Source: Bacillota bacterium
GTDB taxonomy: Bacteria; Bacillota; Sulfobacillia; JAUYEF01
Length of the DNA stretch: 60,681 nucleotides
Assembly (NCBI GenBank): GCA_030691635.1
Contig: JAUYEF010000326.1
Span: 1 to 60,681 of the forward strand
Direction of reading: 5' to 3'
Below, piece by piece: positions 46,883 to 58,291 of the stretch. The position numbers and the translations under genes are program-made. The notes below the pieces were generated by a model. That model saw only the letters and a program-made list of their open reading frames with translations. It ran no database searches and was not told the DNA's origin. Position 1 is the first letter of the stretch; every line of letters starts with the position of its first letter.

Positions 46883-49825
46883 TTGTCCACGGACAAGATC
46901 ATCGTCAAAGGCGCTCGACAGCACAACCTCAAGAACATAGATGTGGAGATACCGCGGGACAAGCTGGTGGTCATAACTGGGTTGAGCGGGAGCGGCAAGT
47001 CAAGCCTGGCCATGGACACGATCTACGCGGAGGGGCAGAGGCGGTACGTCGAGTCGCTATCTGCCTATGCCCGGCAGTTCCTCGGCCAGATGGACAAGCC
47101 CGACGTGGACTACATTGAGGGCCTCTCGCCGGCCATATCCATCGACCAGAAGGCCGGGAGCCGCAACCCACGCTCGACGGTGGGGACCGTCACCGAAGTA
47201 TACGACTACCTGAGGCTTCTCTACGCCCGCATCGGCCGACCGCACTGCCCCCAGTGCGGCAGGCCCATTGCAAGGCAGACCGTCGAGCAGATGATCGACC
47301 AGATCTTGGTGATGGGAGAAGGCAAGCGGATCATGGTGCTCGCGCCACTGGTCCGCGGGCGCAAAGGCGAGCACGAGAGGGTGTTTGAAGACATCCAGCG
47401 GTCCGGGTTCGTGAGGGTCCGCGTGGATGGTGAGATACGCGACGTTAGCGATGAGATCGTGCTTGAGAAGAACAAGAAGCACAGCATCGAAGCCGTTGTG
47501 GACAGGCTCGTCCTCCGCGAGGACATAGGGGGCCGCCTGGCCGACTCGCTGGAGACGGCAACCAACCTGTCTGGCGGCACTGTCATCATCGCAGAGGTTG
47601 ATGGGCCGGAGACGCTGTTCAGCCAGAGCCTCGCGTGCCCAGACTGCGGCGTGAGCATCGCGGAGATCACACCGAGGATGTTCTCCTTCAACAGCCCGTT
47701 CGGGGCCTGCCCCTCGTGCACGGGGCTCGGAACCACCATGGAATTCGACCCCGATCTGGTTCTTCCCGACCGGACAAAGTCGATAGACGACGGGGCTTTC
47801 GTCCCGTGGTCGAGGGGCTCCAGCACCTACTGGCCGCAGCTGCTTGAGGCGGTGGCCGCGCACTACAGTTTCCGCACGGACGTGCCGGTCTCCGAACTCG
47901 ACCAGAAGTTCGTTGATGCGCTCCTCTACGGAGCCGAGGGCCAGAGGATACCGTTCCACTACGAAAACCCTTACGGGCAGGTAAGAGACAGGCACATCGA
48001 GTACGAGGGCGTCATCCCCAACCTGGAACGACGCTACAAGGAGACTGCCAGCGAGGCCGCCAGGATGGAGCTTGAGGAGTACATGGCCTCCAAGCCGTGC
48101 CCCGTCTGCAAGGGCCGGAGGTTGAAGCCCGAGTCGCTGGCGGTCAAGGTCGGGGGCATCTCCATCTCTGAGTTGACCGGGCTGTCGGTCGTCAGGGCGC
48201 AGGCGTTCCTCAAGTCCGTGGCCCTGACCCAGCGGGAGCAGATGATCGCCGGCCAGGTGCTGAAAGAGATCAACGACCGGCTCAACTTCCTGGTCAACGT
48301 GGGTCTCGACTACCTCACGCTCGATCGCGCCGCCGGCACCCTTGCGGGTGGGGAGGCGCAGCGCATCAGGCTTGCCACCCAGATTGGGTCGGGCCTGGTG
48401 GGCGTGCTATATATCCTCGACGAGCCGACCATCGGACTGCACCAGAGGGACAACCAGCGCCTTCTCGGCACGCTGAAGAAACTGCGGGACCTGGGAAACA
48501 CGCTGATCATAGTCGAGCATGACGAAGAGACGATGTGGGCGGCCGACCACATCATAGACATCGGCCCGGGCGCCGGCGAGCACGGCGGCCGGATAGTGGC
48601 GACCGGCTCCATCAAGGACATCCTCGCCGCGCCCGGATCAATCACCGGCCAGTACCTGAGCGGCCAGCGTGAGATCCCGGTGCCGGATAAGCGCCGCTCG
48701 CCGGACGGAAAGGCGCTGCTGATAAAGGGCGCGAGGCAGCACAACCTCAAGAATATCGACGTGACAGTTCCTCTAGGGGTGTTCTGCTGCGTGACCGGTG
48801 TTTCCGGGTCCGGGAAGAGCACTCTGGTCAATGATATACTGGCCAAGAAACTGCTCGCGGAGCTGAACGGCGCGCGCACGTTTCCCGGCGACCACGATTC
48901 CATCGAGGGCATTGAGAACCTGGACAAGGTGATCGAGATAGACCAGTCGCCCATCGGCCGCACCCCACGGTCCAACCCGGCCACATACACAGGCATGTTC
49001 GACCTGATAAGGCAGGTCTACGCTTCCACTCCGCAGTCGAAGATGCGTGGGTACAAGCAGGGGCGCTTCAGCTTCAACGTGCGCGGCGGGCGCTGCGAGG
49101 CCTGCAGGGGCGACGGCATCATCAAGATCGAGATGCACTTCCTGCCAGACGTTTACGTCCCGTGCGAGGTTTGCAAGGGGGCGCGCTACAACCGGGAAAC
49201 GCTTGACATCCAGTACAAGGGCAAGAACATCGCGCAGGTGCTGGACATGACTGTCGAGGAGGCACTGGAGTTCTTCAAGAACATCCCGCGGATATCCAGG
49301 AAGCTCGAGACGCTGAAGGACGTGGGGCTCGGGTATATCCGCCTCGGCCAACCCGCCACCACGCTCTCTGGCGGTGAGGCACAGCGGGTGAAGCTCGCGA
49401 CCGAGCTGTCCAGGCGCTCCAACGGCCGCACCCTCTATGTGCTGGATGAGCCCACAACCGGGCTGCACATCGCCGACATCCACAAGCTGCTTGAGGTGCT
49501 GAACAGGCTGGTTGACGCCGGGGACACCGTCCTCGTGATAGAGCACAACCTCGACGTCATCAAGAGCGCAGACTACATCATCGACATGGGGCCCGAAGGC
49601 GGGGAGGAAGGCGGGACCATCATCGCCACAGGCACGCCCGAAGAGGTCGCCCAGCGTCCAGAGTCCTACACCGGCCATTTCCTGAAACGTGTGCTGGACC
49701 CCGAGTCCAGGCACGCGCGCGCACGCGCGCTGCCTGTGCTGAGGGATGTGCAATCTGCCGGCGAAGAGGGCACAGAGGACGGCGGAGGCATTGCCGGCGA
49801 AGAGGGTGGAGCCGGTGAGCCTTGA
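46883..49825 (+). CDS. uvrA: Excinuclease ABC subunit A
   Basis: GARQHNLKN, two GxSGSGKS ABC modules, zinc fingers, LSGGEAQR. Confidence 0.99.
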   Translation: MSTDKIIVKGARQHNLKNIDVEIPRDKLVVITGLSGSGKSSLAMDTIYAEGQRRYVESLSAYARQFLGQMDKPDVDYIEGLSPAISIDQKAGSRNPRSTVGTVTEVYDYLRLLYARIGRPHCPQCGRPIARQTVEQMIDQILVMGEGKRIMVLAPLVRGRKGEHERVFEDIQRSGFVRVRVDGEIRDVSDEIVLEKNKKHSIEAVVDRLVLREDIGGRLADSLETATNLSGGTVIIAEVDGPETLFSQSLACPDCGVSIAEITPRMFSFNSPFGACPSCTGLGTTMEFDPDLVLPDRTKSIDDGAFVPWSRGSSTYWPQLLEAVAAHYSFRTDVPVSELDQKFVDALLYGAEGQRIPFHYENPYGQVRDRHIEYEGVIPNLERRYKETASEAARMELEEYMASKPCPVCKGRRLKPESLAVKVGGISISELTGLSVVRAQAFLKSVALTQREQMIAGQVLKEINDRLNFLVNVGLDYLTLDRAAGTLAGGEAQRIRLATQIGSGLVGVLYILDEPTIGLHQRDNQRLLGTLKKLRDLGNTLIIVEHDEETMWAADHIIDIGPGAGEHGGRIVATGSIKDILAAPGSITGQYLSGQREIPVPDKRRSPDGKALLIKGARQHNLKNIDVTVPLGVFCCVTGVSGSGKSTLVNDILAKKLLAELNGARTFPGDHDSIEGIENLDKVIEIDQSPIGRTPRSNPATYTGMFDLIRQVYASTPQSKMRGYKQGRFSFNVRGGRCEACRGDGIIKIEMHFLPDVYVPCEVCKGARYNRETLDIQYKGKNIAQVLDMTVEEALEFFKNIPRISRKLETLKDVGLGYIRLGQPATTLSGGEAQRVKLATELSRRSNGRTLYVLDEPTTGLHIADIHKLLEVLNRLVDAGDTVLVIEHNLDVIKSADYIIDMGPEGGEEGGTIIATGTPEEVAQRPESYTGHFLKRVLDPESRHARARALPVLRDVQSAGEEGTEDGGGIAGEEGGAGEP

Positions 49826-51689
49826 GGAGCGAGCTAAGCAGCTGCCCGAGGAGCCAGGCGTTTACCTGTTCAAAGACGGGACAGGCGACGTCATCTATGT
49901 GGGCAAGGCCATCTCGCTCCGCGACAGGGTAAAGTCGTATTTCCAGTCCCCTAGGAACCTGACCGCTAAGACCTTGACCATGGTCCAGCAAGCCCAGGAT
50001 GTGGACTATATCGTCGTGGAATCAGAGGTCGAGGCGCTGATCCTTGAGTCGAACCTCATCAAGAAGCACCGCCCCAAGTATAACGTCAGGCTCAAGGACG
50101 ACAAGCACTACCCCTATCTCCGGGTGACCACCGAAGAGACTTGGCCGAGGGTTCTCATCGCGCGTGCGATCAAGCAGGACGGCTCCCGGTACTTCGGCCC
50201 GTACACCAGGTCCGGGGCCGTGAGCGAGACCATGCAGCTCATCAGGAGGATCTTCCCCCTCCGCACATGCTCCAACAACGTGTTTCGCACCGTGAGCAGG
50301 CCCTGCCTGAACTACCACATCCAGAGGTGCCTCGGGCCCTGTAAGGTTAGGGTGACTCCAGAGGAATACGGCGCCATGGTGAAGGACATCTGTCTGTTCT
50401 TGGAGGGCAGGCCCGAGGTGCTGAGGGAAAGCACCAGGAAGAGGATGAAAGAGGCGTCAGAGAGCCTCGAGTTCGAGAGGGCGGCGAAACTCCGGGACCA
50501 GTTGAAAGCCATAGAGGAGATAACCCAGAAGCAGAAGATCATCTCCAGCAAGGCCGAGGACCGGGACGCTGCCGGCGTCGCGCTCGCCGGGCCGGAGGCG
50601 GTCGTGGTCGTGCTCCAGGTGCGCGAAGGCAAGATGATAGGCGCAGAGCAGCTGTACATGAGCGGCCCCCCGAGCCAGACGACCGAGGATGTCATCGGCG
50701 GTTTCCTCACGCAGTACTACCCCGTAGCGGCGGACCTGCCGGATGAGATCCTGCTGCCTGCCGAGCCTGAAGACGCGGAGGTGGTCGCCGGATGGCTGGG
50801 CAAGCTGGCCAAACACAAGGTCATGCTGCGGGCGCCGGTGCGCGGCAAGGCCAAACAGCTCGTGCAAATGGCGACACGGAACGCGCTGCTCGCGCTCGAG
50901 GAGCTGAAGCCAAAGGCCGAAAGAGACCGCGAGCGGGCGACAAAGGGGCTGGAGGAGCTTGCGGGAGTGCTTGGGCTCCCCAGGCCACCGGCGAGGATCG
51001 AGTGTTACGACATCTCGAACATCCAGGGTACCAACGCCACCGGTTCCATGGTGGTCTTCGAAGATGGCTTTCCCAAGAAGGACGACTACCGCCGGTTCAA
51101 GATCCGCACCGTTGAGGGCGCAAACGACTTCGCCATGCTGGCGGAAGTCATCGGTCGACGGTTCAAGAGGGCGGCGAAGGCCCAGAAGGACCCCGAGGCC
51201 ACAGCCCAGGGCTCTACCGCCCAAGATTCCTTCGCGCATATGCCCGACCTTGTGGTCGTGGACGGGGGCAAGGGCCAGCTCAGTTCCGCGATCGAGGCGC
51301 TGTCCGGCGCTGGGATAGCCGTGCCCGCCATCGGACTCGCCAAGAAGGAGGAAGAAGTGTTTACACCTGGCTCGAGCGACCCGCTGCAGATCCCGAAGGA
51401 TTCCGACGGGCTGATGCTGCTGCAGCGCATACGCGATGAGGCTCATCGCTTCGCTGTCGGCTACCACAGGAAGATCAGGTCTCACGAGACCAGGCGAAGC
51501 ATCCTCGACGAAATACCTGGCATCGGGCCGAAGCGCAGGGTGGCGCTGTTGAAGGCGTTTGGGTCCATAAGGGCGATATCCGAAGCCTCTGTACAGGACC
51601 TCACCAGGGTGAAGGGCATGAACGAGCCAGCGGCGAGGCGCGTGCTGGCGCATTTGAGTGCGGCGACTGAGGAGCGGGAAGAGAGGTAG
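49815..51689 (+). CDS. uvrC: Excinuclease ABC subunit C
   Basis: [36 protein letters not shown], HhH; GTG at 49815. Confidence 0.98.
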   Translation: MSLEERAKQLPEEPGVYLFKDGTGDVIYVGKAISLRDRVKSYFQSPRNLTAKTLTMVQQAQDVDYIVVESEVEALILESNLIKKHRPKYNVRLKDDKHYPYLRVTTEETWPRVLIARAIKQDGSRYFGPYTRSGAVSETMQLIRRIFPLRTCSNNVFRTVSRPCLNYHIQRCLGPCKVRVTPEEYGAMVKDICLFLEGRPEVLRESTRKRMKEASESLEFERAAKLRDQLKAIEEITQKQKIISSKAEDRDAAGVALAGPEAVVVVLQVREGKMIGAEQLYMSGPPSQTTEDVIGGFLTQYYPVAADLPDEILLPAEPEDAEVVAGWLGKLAKHKVMLRAPVRGKAKQLVQMATRNALLALEELKPKAERDRERATKGLEELAGVLGLPRPPARIECYDISNIQGTNATGSMVVFEDGFPKKDDYRRFKIRTVEGANDFAMLAEVIGRRFKRAAKAQKDPEATAQGSTAQDSFAHMPDLVVVDGGKGQLSSAIEALSGAGIAVPAIGLAKKEEEVFTPGSSDPLQIPKDSDGLMLLQRIRDEAHRFAVGYHRKIRSHETRRSILDEIPGIGPKRRVALLKAFGSIRAISEASVQDLTRVKGMNEPAARRVLAHLSAATEEREER

Positions 51690-51711
51690 ACGCATTCTGG
51701 GAAGAGGAAGA

Positions 51712-52161
51712 ATGGGAAGTGGATTGGTGCAGGTTAGAGTCAGTGGCGTCCTCGTAGAAAATGGATACATACTGATAGTCAAGCAGGTATTGTCTGAAGC
51801 TAGGGAATGGTCTCTGCCCGGAGGCCGTCTGCAGTCGGGCGAAACGCTAGAGCAAGCGATGATACGCGAAATGGAGGAAGAGACCGGACTCAGAACAAAG
51901 GTAGTGAAACTGCTTTATGTTTGCGACAAGACTGATGTCGAGCCATCTGTTGTCCACATATCATTCCTTCTGGAACGAACGGGCGGCGCCATTCGCCTCC
52001 CCACTAACGAGTTTGACGAGAATCCAATCTTGGATGTGAGAATGGTTCCGATAGCCGAACTGACCCACTATGACTTCTCAGAGAAGTTCATGTGTACTGT
52101 CATTGAGCGATTTCCTGGTTGCGGTAGCTACAAGGGTGACAAGAGAAACATTGGCCTCTGA
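51712..52161 (+). CDS. NUDIX hydrolase
   Basis: PGGRLQSGETLEQAMIREMEEETGL Nudix box. Confidence 0.93.
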   Translation: MGSGLVQVRVSGVLVENGYILIVKQVLSEAREWSLPGGRLQSGETLEQAMIREMEEETGLRTKVVKLLYVCDKTDVEPSVVHISFLLERTGGAIRLPTNEFDENPILDVRMVPIAELTHYDFSEKFMCTVIERFPGCGSYKGDKRNIGL

Positions 52162-52240
52162 CCCACGTGTGTTCCTACACATCATGTACGCTGGGGACCG
52201 CTTCACCTGGACATGACACGCGGCAGAAACACATCCCCGA

Positions 52241-52277
52241 ACCCTCAGTGTTATTAGGCCCCCACTTGACATCATTA
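52241..52277 (+). repeat. Left copy of a 37-bp imperfect direct repeat
   Basis: accctcagtgttattaggcccccacttgacatcatta; 30/37 identical to 55581-55617. Confidence 0.8.
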
Positions 52278-52373
52278 TCCCTCGATGACGCGCGGGCGAC
52301 TGGCGAGATGTAGCATGCTGCGTCACGCGAGCATATCATGCTGGACAGGGTTGTTGCCTCGGAGGGACTGAGT

Positions 52374-52988
52374 GTGAGTGTCTTGCTTATCGCACCGCAC
52401 ATGGACGACGAGATTGTGGGTGCCCACACCGCGATGGAGTCGCTCGACACGGTGGTGTTCGTGACAGACAGCGCGTGTCAGTGGCGGGATGTTCGCATGC
52501 CCACTGAGGAGTTCATACGGCAGCGCAAGTCATCAGCGCTCAGAGTTGCGGGCAAATACGGCTACAGAGTGGTATTCCTGGACTTCGGCAACGAGTTTCT
52601 TCACCGCGCCGACCCAATATACAAGGCAAGCCTGTTCGGCCGCATTGCAGAGACGATTGGGACCGGTGACCTTGTGTATGTTCCGAGCATCTTTGATCAG
52701 AACCTTGAACACAATTTGTGCGGCGCTTATTCTCTTGTTGCATGCCTTGTCAAGAAGGCGCATCCCGTGATGTATACCGGATCGTACCCGATGCCAGAAG
52801 GCACCGGTCCCACCAGCGTTCCTTGTAGGCCTGAAAAGGCGGCTGACCTCCAGCTATACCCCATGGAGTACCGGAATCTGGTGGAGGTCGGGTACCCCTT
52901 CTTGGGGTATGAACACTTCCTCGACCTATCTTCTGCGTCCACTCTCCGGAGAGCCTCGGACCAGACGGTTCTCCAACGACATCTCTGA
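52374..52988 (+). CDS. PIG-L/LmbE family deacetylase-like protein
   Basis: LIAPHMDDEIVG (PHxDD); second motif degenerate (DQNLEH); GTG at 52374 after GGAGGG; CATATCAT upstream. Confidence 0.75.
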   Translation: MSVLLIAPHMDDEIVGAHTAMESLDTVVFVTDSACQWRDVRMPTEEFIRQRKSSALRVAGKYGYRVVFLDFGNEFLHRADPIYKASLFGRIAETIGTGDLVYVPSIFDQNLEHNLCGAYSLVACLVKKAHPVMYTGSYPMPEGTGPTSVPCRPEKAADLQLYPMEYRNLVEVGYPFLGYEHFLDLSSASTLRRASDQTVLQRHL

Positions 52989-54129
52989 GCAATCCGCGCT
53001 TTCCCTCATCCGCGCGTAGATCTGCGTGAGTCTATCCATGTGGCTCGACAGAGTTCGTTTGGCAAGTGCCTCTTGTCTGGCGAGCGCGCCGAGTCGTCGT
53101 CTTCGGGCGGAGTCACACAGAAGCCCGATGACCGCCTGCGACAGGGCCACAGGATCCTGCGGCGGTATGAGTATTCCCGTGCGGCCGTTCTCAACCAGGT
53201 CCGGTACGCCCCCCACATCAGTGCATACCACGGCTCTGCCCGCCATCTGAGCTTCAATGATAGAAAGCGGTGTGAGCTCAAGCAGAGAGGCAAGCACGAA
53301 CACGTCGGTCGTGGAAAGCAGGTCTGGCACATCAGAGCGTCTTCCCAGGAAGAGAACCGTTTCACCCAGGTCCAGCCTGGTGGCAAGCTGCTTCAGTTCA
53401 CCGGCCTGCGGGCCGTCTCCCACAATCAGACATCGTACGTCCGGCACCCGCCGCCTTACGATGTCCATGGCATGAAGGAGGGTATCGTGACCCTTCAGCC
53501 GGACCAGGCGCGCGATGCAGGTCACAATCCGGCATCCACTCAGGCGCCACTTCAGGTCAGACGGAGGTGGCCCAGCCCTTGACCATACGGCGGCGTCGAT
53601 GCCCAGTGGCACGGTTACAACCTTATCTGGTGGCACACCAAAGACTTCAGTATATTGCCGGCGCATCCACTCGCACGGCACCATTATCAGGTCACAGGAC
53701 ATGAGTCCGGTTCTTTCTCTGAGGAATGAGTAGCGCCACTCGATTGAAGCATCAGCCGGTATGGTCTGTTCCACAATCCCTTCGTAGGCAAGTAGCCCGT
53801 GTGCCGTCAGAATCACGGGCGGCCGCGTCCGGCGGAGCCGTGATAGAGCACGGGCGGAGTGTACGTCGTGCACATGGATCAGATCATACTGGCTGAGGTC
53901 GCACATCTTGAGAACGGCCAGCTCAAACACGTATTGAGTGCCTTCTCCCTCCATAACCCAGGCGGGAGGCATAGGATACCGGCTGAAATGCCCGTAGAGG
54001 CCCGGAACCACGTTTGGCCACAACGGCCTCATGCCCACGGGCAAGGAGCTCGGTGCGCAGCGCCCTTGTATATGTCGAGATGCCGCTGGCCACCGGCAAC
54101 TCCCAGTAACAACCTAACAGGACTCTCAA
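52926..54129 (-). pseudogene. GT4 glycosyltransferase split by a frameshift near 54020
   Basis: N-terminus MRVLLGCYWELPVASGISTY..L..RGHE in one frame (TTG 54129); body YDLIHVHD...ARLVRLKG...LSIIEAQMAG in another. Confidence 0.8.
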
Positions 54130-54238
54130 CCAATCACCCCGTGCGGTCCGTCAGAATAACGGCGTCTTCTTGGTTTCATTCCCAGGTTCTGCGGCGGGCG
54201 ATGCTGTCCACGCTGCGGCCGTCCTTGAGGTCCAGGTG

Positions 54239-54556
54239 ATGCATAGTATGAAGGATATCCATCGTTTGCTGCCCGGAATGGTTTGGAGGTTCGTGGCCAT
54301 GGCAAGTGAGCACAGCGCACAGCTGGATGACCCCAGACTGGCCGGAATCAGAGCGCTCGTGGATTCGCCCGAAACAAGGGAGCGCGTCGGGAGAACGCCC
54401 TGCCTCTTCGACAGTGACTGCGGGGACTGGGAGTGGGTCAAAGAGCGGGCCCCGGCTTCCTTTGCCATACCGGATCTGGATATGTGGCGGGCCCTTTGCT
54501 ACGAGCAAGTCCCGGCGGCCCCACCAATGCCCTGCAGACCGCATTCCGAGGGGTGA
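54239..54556 (+). CDS. Small hypothetical protein
   Basis: GAGGT RBS, ~105 aa, ends 4 nt before the kinase start. Confidence 0.5.
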   Translation: MHSMKDIHRLLPGMVWRFVAMASEHSAQLDDPRLAGIRALVDSPETRERVGRTPCLFDSDCGDWEWVKERAPASFAIPDLDMWRALCYEQVPAAPPMPCRPHSEG

Positions 54557-54560
54557 GGGT

Positions 54561-55565
54561 TTGAACCCTGACATCCCGCATCTGCTGGATCCGGAAGGCA
54601 TCGTGAGACGATGCTTCCCAGGAGCGGTCTCGCCGCGGTCGACAAAGGTCAGCATACGCCTACTGTCGACCCGGCCGGATCATCAGGTGTACGACTGCGT
54701 CATGGATGTCAGGGGAAATGCCCAGCGACTGATCGTCAAACGAATCTGGGCGCCCGACGGTATGTCCATGGAGGCAAAGGTGTACCAGGCCGGTATCCGG
54801 AGCATCAGGACCTTGCTCCCCAAAGCCTACGCGGTATGGAATGAAGACGGCTGGGATTGGCTTGCACTGGAGCACCTGGCCGCTCTGCCCAGCCTTGAAT
54901 CGCCAGAGCAGATTGAGGACCTGCTCAGACTGGCTGCAACGTTTCACACAGGCGCTCTATCTGATGCTGACGATAACCCGTGGCTGGCAGATTCCCGGTT
55001 CACAGTCCAGAAGCGGACAGATTCCCACCGGATATCCCGCTTGATGGCGAGGCTTCAGGATGAACCTGGGTACCGAGCACTGCTGGGGCCGTCGTATGAG
55101 CTGGTCTACAGCATGCTCCTGAAGATCCCACCTCTTGTGGCTGAAGTCTGCACGGAGAGGCCGACAATCGTTCACGGCGACCTGCACTGGCAAAACGCCG
55201 GATTGGACACGTCTGGCAGGCTGGTGTTGTTCGACTGGGAGGCTTGCCAGCTGGCGCCCTCAACCTGGGACCTGGCCCAACTCGTAGATGGTACGATCGA
55301 CTACTATCCTCACTGGCTGGAAATCCAGGACGAAATCCGACGATGGGCGCTATCCGTTTATGGGGAGAGCTATGAGCGCGCCGGCCATTCTCTTGACGAG
55401 CGGTTATTCCTGGAACTATACGAGCTCTCCTACATCTGGCATGCGCTGGACTCTTGGCTATGGTTTCACCTGAAGTCGGCGTCCCAAGGGTCCGATGTAT
55501 CGAGATGCGTTCTCGCCGCATGTCTTGAAAAACTCAGACTTTGGGGCGCCAGGTACACGCGCTGA
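54561..55565 (+). CDS. APH/choline-kinase family phosphotransferase
   Basis: LIVK, E..VY, LALEHL, IVHGDLHWQN, LFDWE; TTG at 54561 after GAGG. Confidence 0.88.
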   Translation: MNPDIPHLLDPEGIVRRCFPGAVSPRSTKVSIRLLSTRPDHQVYDCVMDVRGNAQRLIVKRIWAPDGMSMEAKVYQAGIRSIRTLLPKAYAVWNEDGWDWLALEHLAALPSLESPEQIEDLLRLAATFHTGALSDADDNPWLADSRFTVQKRTDSHRISRLMARLQDEPGYRALLGPSYELVYSMLLKIPPLVAEVCTERPTIVHGDLHWQNAGLDTSGRLVLFDWEACQLAPSTWDLAQLVDGTIDYYPHWLEIQDEIRRWALSVYGESYERAGHSLDERLFLELYELSYIWHALDSWLWFHLKSASQGSDVSRCVLAACLEKLRLWGARYTR

Positions 55566-55580
55566 CTCTGCAGGTGTAAT

Positions 55581-55634
55581 ACCCTCAAGATTATTAATCT
55601 CCCACTTGACTTCATTAAGGCGTCTTGTTAGCAT
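55581..55634 (+). promoter_or_regulatory. Right copy of the direct repeat, containing a sigma-A promoter and a palindrome
   Basis: AGATTA-T-TAATCT (55588-55600); TTGACT-N17-TAGCAT with extended TG. Confidence 0.7.
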
Positions 55635-55666
55635 GGTCTCAGAAGGCCCGCAGGGAGGTGCTTGTG

Positions 55667-56050
55667 TTGGCAGATCGAATCACACCCGGTTCTTGCCTAG
55701 TGTGCGGAGCGCGCCTCGAGGTCAGGAAGCTGTACTGCCCCGCATGCGACATCACGATAGAGGGGCGCTTCAATATGTGCAAGTTCTGTTACCTCAACCA
55801 GGAGCAGCGCGAGTTCGTGGAGACGTTCATTCGCTGCCGGGGCAACATCAAAGAAGTCGAGCGCGAGCTGGGCGTGTCGTACCCGACGGTGAGGAACAGG
55901 CTTGACGCGGTGATCATGGCCCTGGGATACACTGTCGAAGCTGAGGAAACCGACGCGCGGGTGGATGAGGGAAGGCGTAAGGTGCTTGAGTCATTGAACA
56001 AAGGTGAGATCAGCGCCGAGGACGCAATCAAGATACTCAGGCGCAAGTAG
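55667..56050 (+). CDS. DUF2089-like zinc-ribbon/HTH protein
   Basis: CLVCG..CPAC..IEGRF, RGNIKEVERELGVSYPTVRNRLD, C-terminal GEISAEDA. Confidence 0.9.
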   Translation: MADRITPGSCLVCGARLEVRKLYCPACDITIEGRFNMCKFCYLNQEQREFVETFIRCRGNIKEVERELGVSYPTVRNRLDAVIMALGYTVEAEETDARVDEGRRKVLESLNKGEISAEDAIKILRRK

Positions 56051-56062
56051 GGGGTAAACAGG

Positions 56063-57013
56063 GTGGATTCCGAAGCCGGTTTGATCCTTGGGATGCTCGC
56101 GGAGGGCAAGATCGACACCCAGCAGGCTCTCGGACTCTTGAAAGCGCTGGAGGAGTCCGATGCGGCCAACGATGCCATAGCGCAGGTAGAGGCCAGGGCT
56201 GAGTCCAAGGAGCCTGGGAGGACCGCGAGCGCAGAGGGCGCGGCATCCCAGCCGGCCCCACAGATGGCGCCTGAACAGATCTCCCAGCGCAACGAGCCTT
56301 CTCCGTGGACCAGGGTACCGGGCCCGGAGCGCATAGGTGAGATCGTGGGGTCCATCGGCGACATCATCGCGAGCTCCGTGGACAAGGGCATCGAAGTCGT
56401 GACCAGGCTGGCAGACCATGCCCGGCACGAAGCAGGCCACATACATAGGAAGGTCAAGCACCTGCACATCGACAGGGACATCGCCAGACCGGTGAAGAGG
56501 CTTGCGTCTGCGGTCAAGACCGGTCGTTCGCACAGTCCCAGTGGCGCATTCTCGCAGGCGTTTTCCGGTTGGGCGTCCGAACTTGAAGGAACGCACGACT
56601 CTGTGCCGGACGTGGACAGCCTCGAGGCGCTGGCAGACGCAATCGAGAGCCTTGAGGATGCCGCAGAGGAACTCACCTCACTGCTGGAGCACGTGGATGA
56701 TTCGGTGCAGGAGGCCTGTGAGGCCGAGGATCTCGACGACATGGCGGATGCCATAGAACGGGTGTCCGAGGGAGCCGAAGAAGCGCTCGACCAGATCGCC
56801 GAAGTCGAACAGGCGATGCATGAGGCATTCGACAGGCTGGACGAGATCCCCGGCGACAAGAGCTGGGCCGTCAGGCTGGCGGCGCTCATTGACGCCTGGC
56901 CAGGCGTTGTGTCTGAGCTCAAGCCCCGGCTGGAAACGGCCATGGGGCTTGAACAAGGTGCGCGGGCAACGCTGCGAGAGATGATCGTTTCCTGGGCAAA
57001 GATCGAGACATAG
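56063..57013 (+). CDS. Hypothetical protein: YvlB-like N-terminal helical motif + acidic coiled coil
   Basis: ILGMLAEGKIDTQQALGLLKALE; D/E-rich heptads. Confidence 0.75.
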   Translation: MDSEAGLILGMLAEGKIDTQQALGLLKALEESDAANDAIAQVEARAESKEPGRTASAEGAASQPAPQMAPEQISQRNEPSPWTRVPGPERIGEIVGSIGDIIASSVDKGIEVVTRLADHARHEAGHIHRKVKHLHIDRDIARPVKRLASAVKTGRSHSPSGAFSQAFSGWASELEGTHDSVPDVDSLEALADAIESLEDAAEELTSLLEHVDDSVQEACEAEDLDDMADAIERVSEGAEEALDQIAEVEQAMHEAFDRLDEIPGDKSWAVRLAALIDAWPGVVSELKPRLETAMGLEQGARATLREMIVSWAKIET

Positions 57014-57146
57014 ACAGACAGCGCGATATCCACAGGGCTTACGTGAGCCCTGGTACCGGGGACACAGGGCGTTAGCCCCGGGCGGTTCCAAAGATGTGAG
57101 CCCGAACTGGGCCGCTGGGACCGTGCCCAGACAGGAGGGGACCAGA

Positions 57147-58250
57147 ATGGAAAGCGAACGCATGCTGATCCTGCAGATGGTGGCGGAGAAGAAGATCACC
57201 GCGGCAGAGGCGGTCGAGCTGCTGAAGGCGCTCGAGCCTTCATCGAAAGGGACTCGAGCCGGGTGGGTACCGGAGCCGCCGGAGCCGCCTGCTCCCCCTG
57301 CGTCGATGCGGCCTCCCGAGATGCCCGAGCCGCCCCAGGCACCGCGCCAGGTGCCGGAGCACCTTTCGGACGACATCGCGTCGAGGATAGGCTCGCTGGT
57401 CGAAGGCCTCATCAGCAACTTCGGGTTTGGGTTCGGAGACGGGTTCAAGTTCGAAGAGACGGTAGAGGGCACCTTCGACGCGGGGGATTTCGTCCCCGAG
57501 ATAGACTTCAAGACGTCAAACGGCAGAGTGGCCGTCGAGAGTTGGGACCAGCCCGGCTATATGGTGAAACTGATCAAGAGGGTCAAGGCGCCGTCTGAGC
57601 AGGAGGCAAGGGCTCGTGCGGCCGACATGGTGCGCACGGAGCGCGACGGGAAGAAGCTTTCCATAAGGTTCAACCAGACCCAGACCATGATTCTCGGTAG
57701 CCACGGCCTGGCGATCGTCGCGTTCCTCCCGAAAGACAGGGTGTACAGGTTCCTGCTGCAGACCGCAAACGGCAGGGTCGAGATGAAGGACTTGAAGGCG
57801 ACCACCGTGGACGCGACCACATCGAATGGCGTTGTGAAGCTGGACGCCGTCGAGGCTGAACGGGTGGAAACCAGGACGTCCAACGGGAAGGTGCTGCTCA
57901 AGACATCTGCCAAGGACGTCAAGGCCCACAGTTCGAACGGCCGGATCACCGTCCTGCCCTTGGGCGTGGTCGGGGATGCACAGTACGACCTGCACACTTC
58001 CAACGGCTCCATCAAGGTCCGGTCAGGCAAGCCGGACGGCATAGGGTTTTCGTTCGACCTGCGCACCACCAACGGGAAGATAAACGTTGAGGAAGCCGGC
58101 CTGGAGTATGAGGTCAACGAGAAGCACCATGGGATGCGCAGGGTGAAGGCCCGCTCGAAGGGCTTCGAAGAGGCAGGCCGCAAGATCACGGTGGCGGCCC
58201 ACACGTCGAACGGCTCGATTTCGGTAGGCGACTGGGTGGAGTGGGAATAG
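57147..58250 (+). CDS. YvlB/LiaX-like protein with DUF4097 beta-repeat domain
   Basis: ERMLILQMVAEKKITAAEAVELL; repeated TSNG/TANG/TTNG motifs. Confidence 0.88.
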   Translation: MESERMLILQMVAEKKITAAEAVELLKALEPSSKGTRAGWVPEPPEPPAPPASMRPPEMPEPPQAPRQVPEHLSDDIASRIGSLVEGLISNFGFGFGDGFKFEETVEGTFDAGDFVPEIDFKTSNGRVAVESWDQPGYMVKLIKRVKAPSEQEARARAADMVRTERDGKKLSIRFNQTQTMILGSHGLAIVAFLPKDRVYRFLLQTANGRVEMKDLKATTVDATTSNGVVKLDAVEAERVETRTSNGKVLLKTSAKDVKAHSSNGRITVLPLGVVGDAQYDLHTSNGSIKVRSGKPDGIGFSFDLRTTNGKINVEEAGLEYEVNEKHHGMRRVKARSKGFEEAGRKITVAAHTSNGSISVGDWVEWE

Positions 58251-58291
58251 CACCCAGTCGGCGTTGACTATGGCACCAGGGAGTGATATCA

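Noticed and set aside
50457-51782. 441-aa minus-strand ORF
   Set aside because: Antisense to uvrC
55789-57033. 414-aa minus-strand ORF
   Set aside because: Ser-rich mirror of the acidic plus-strand gene
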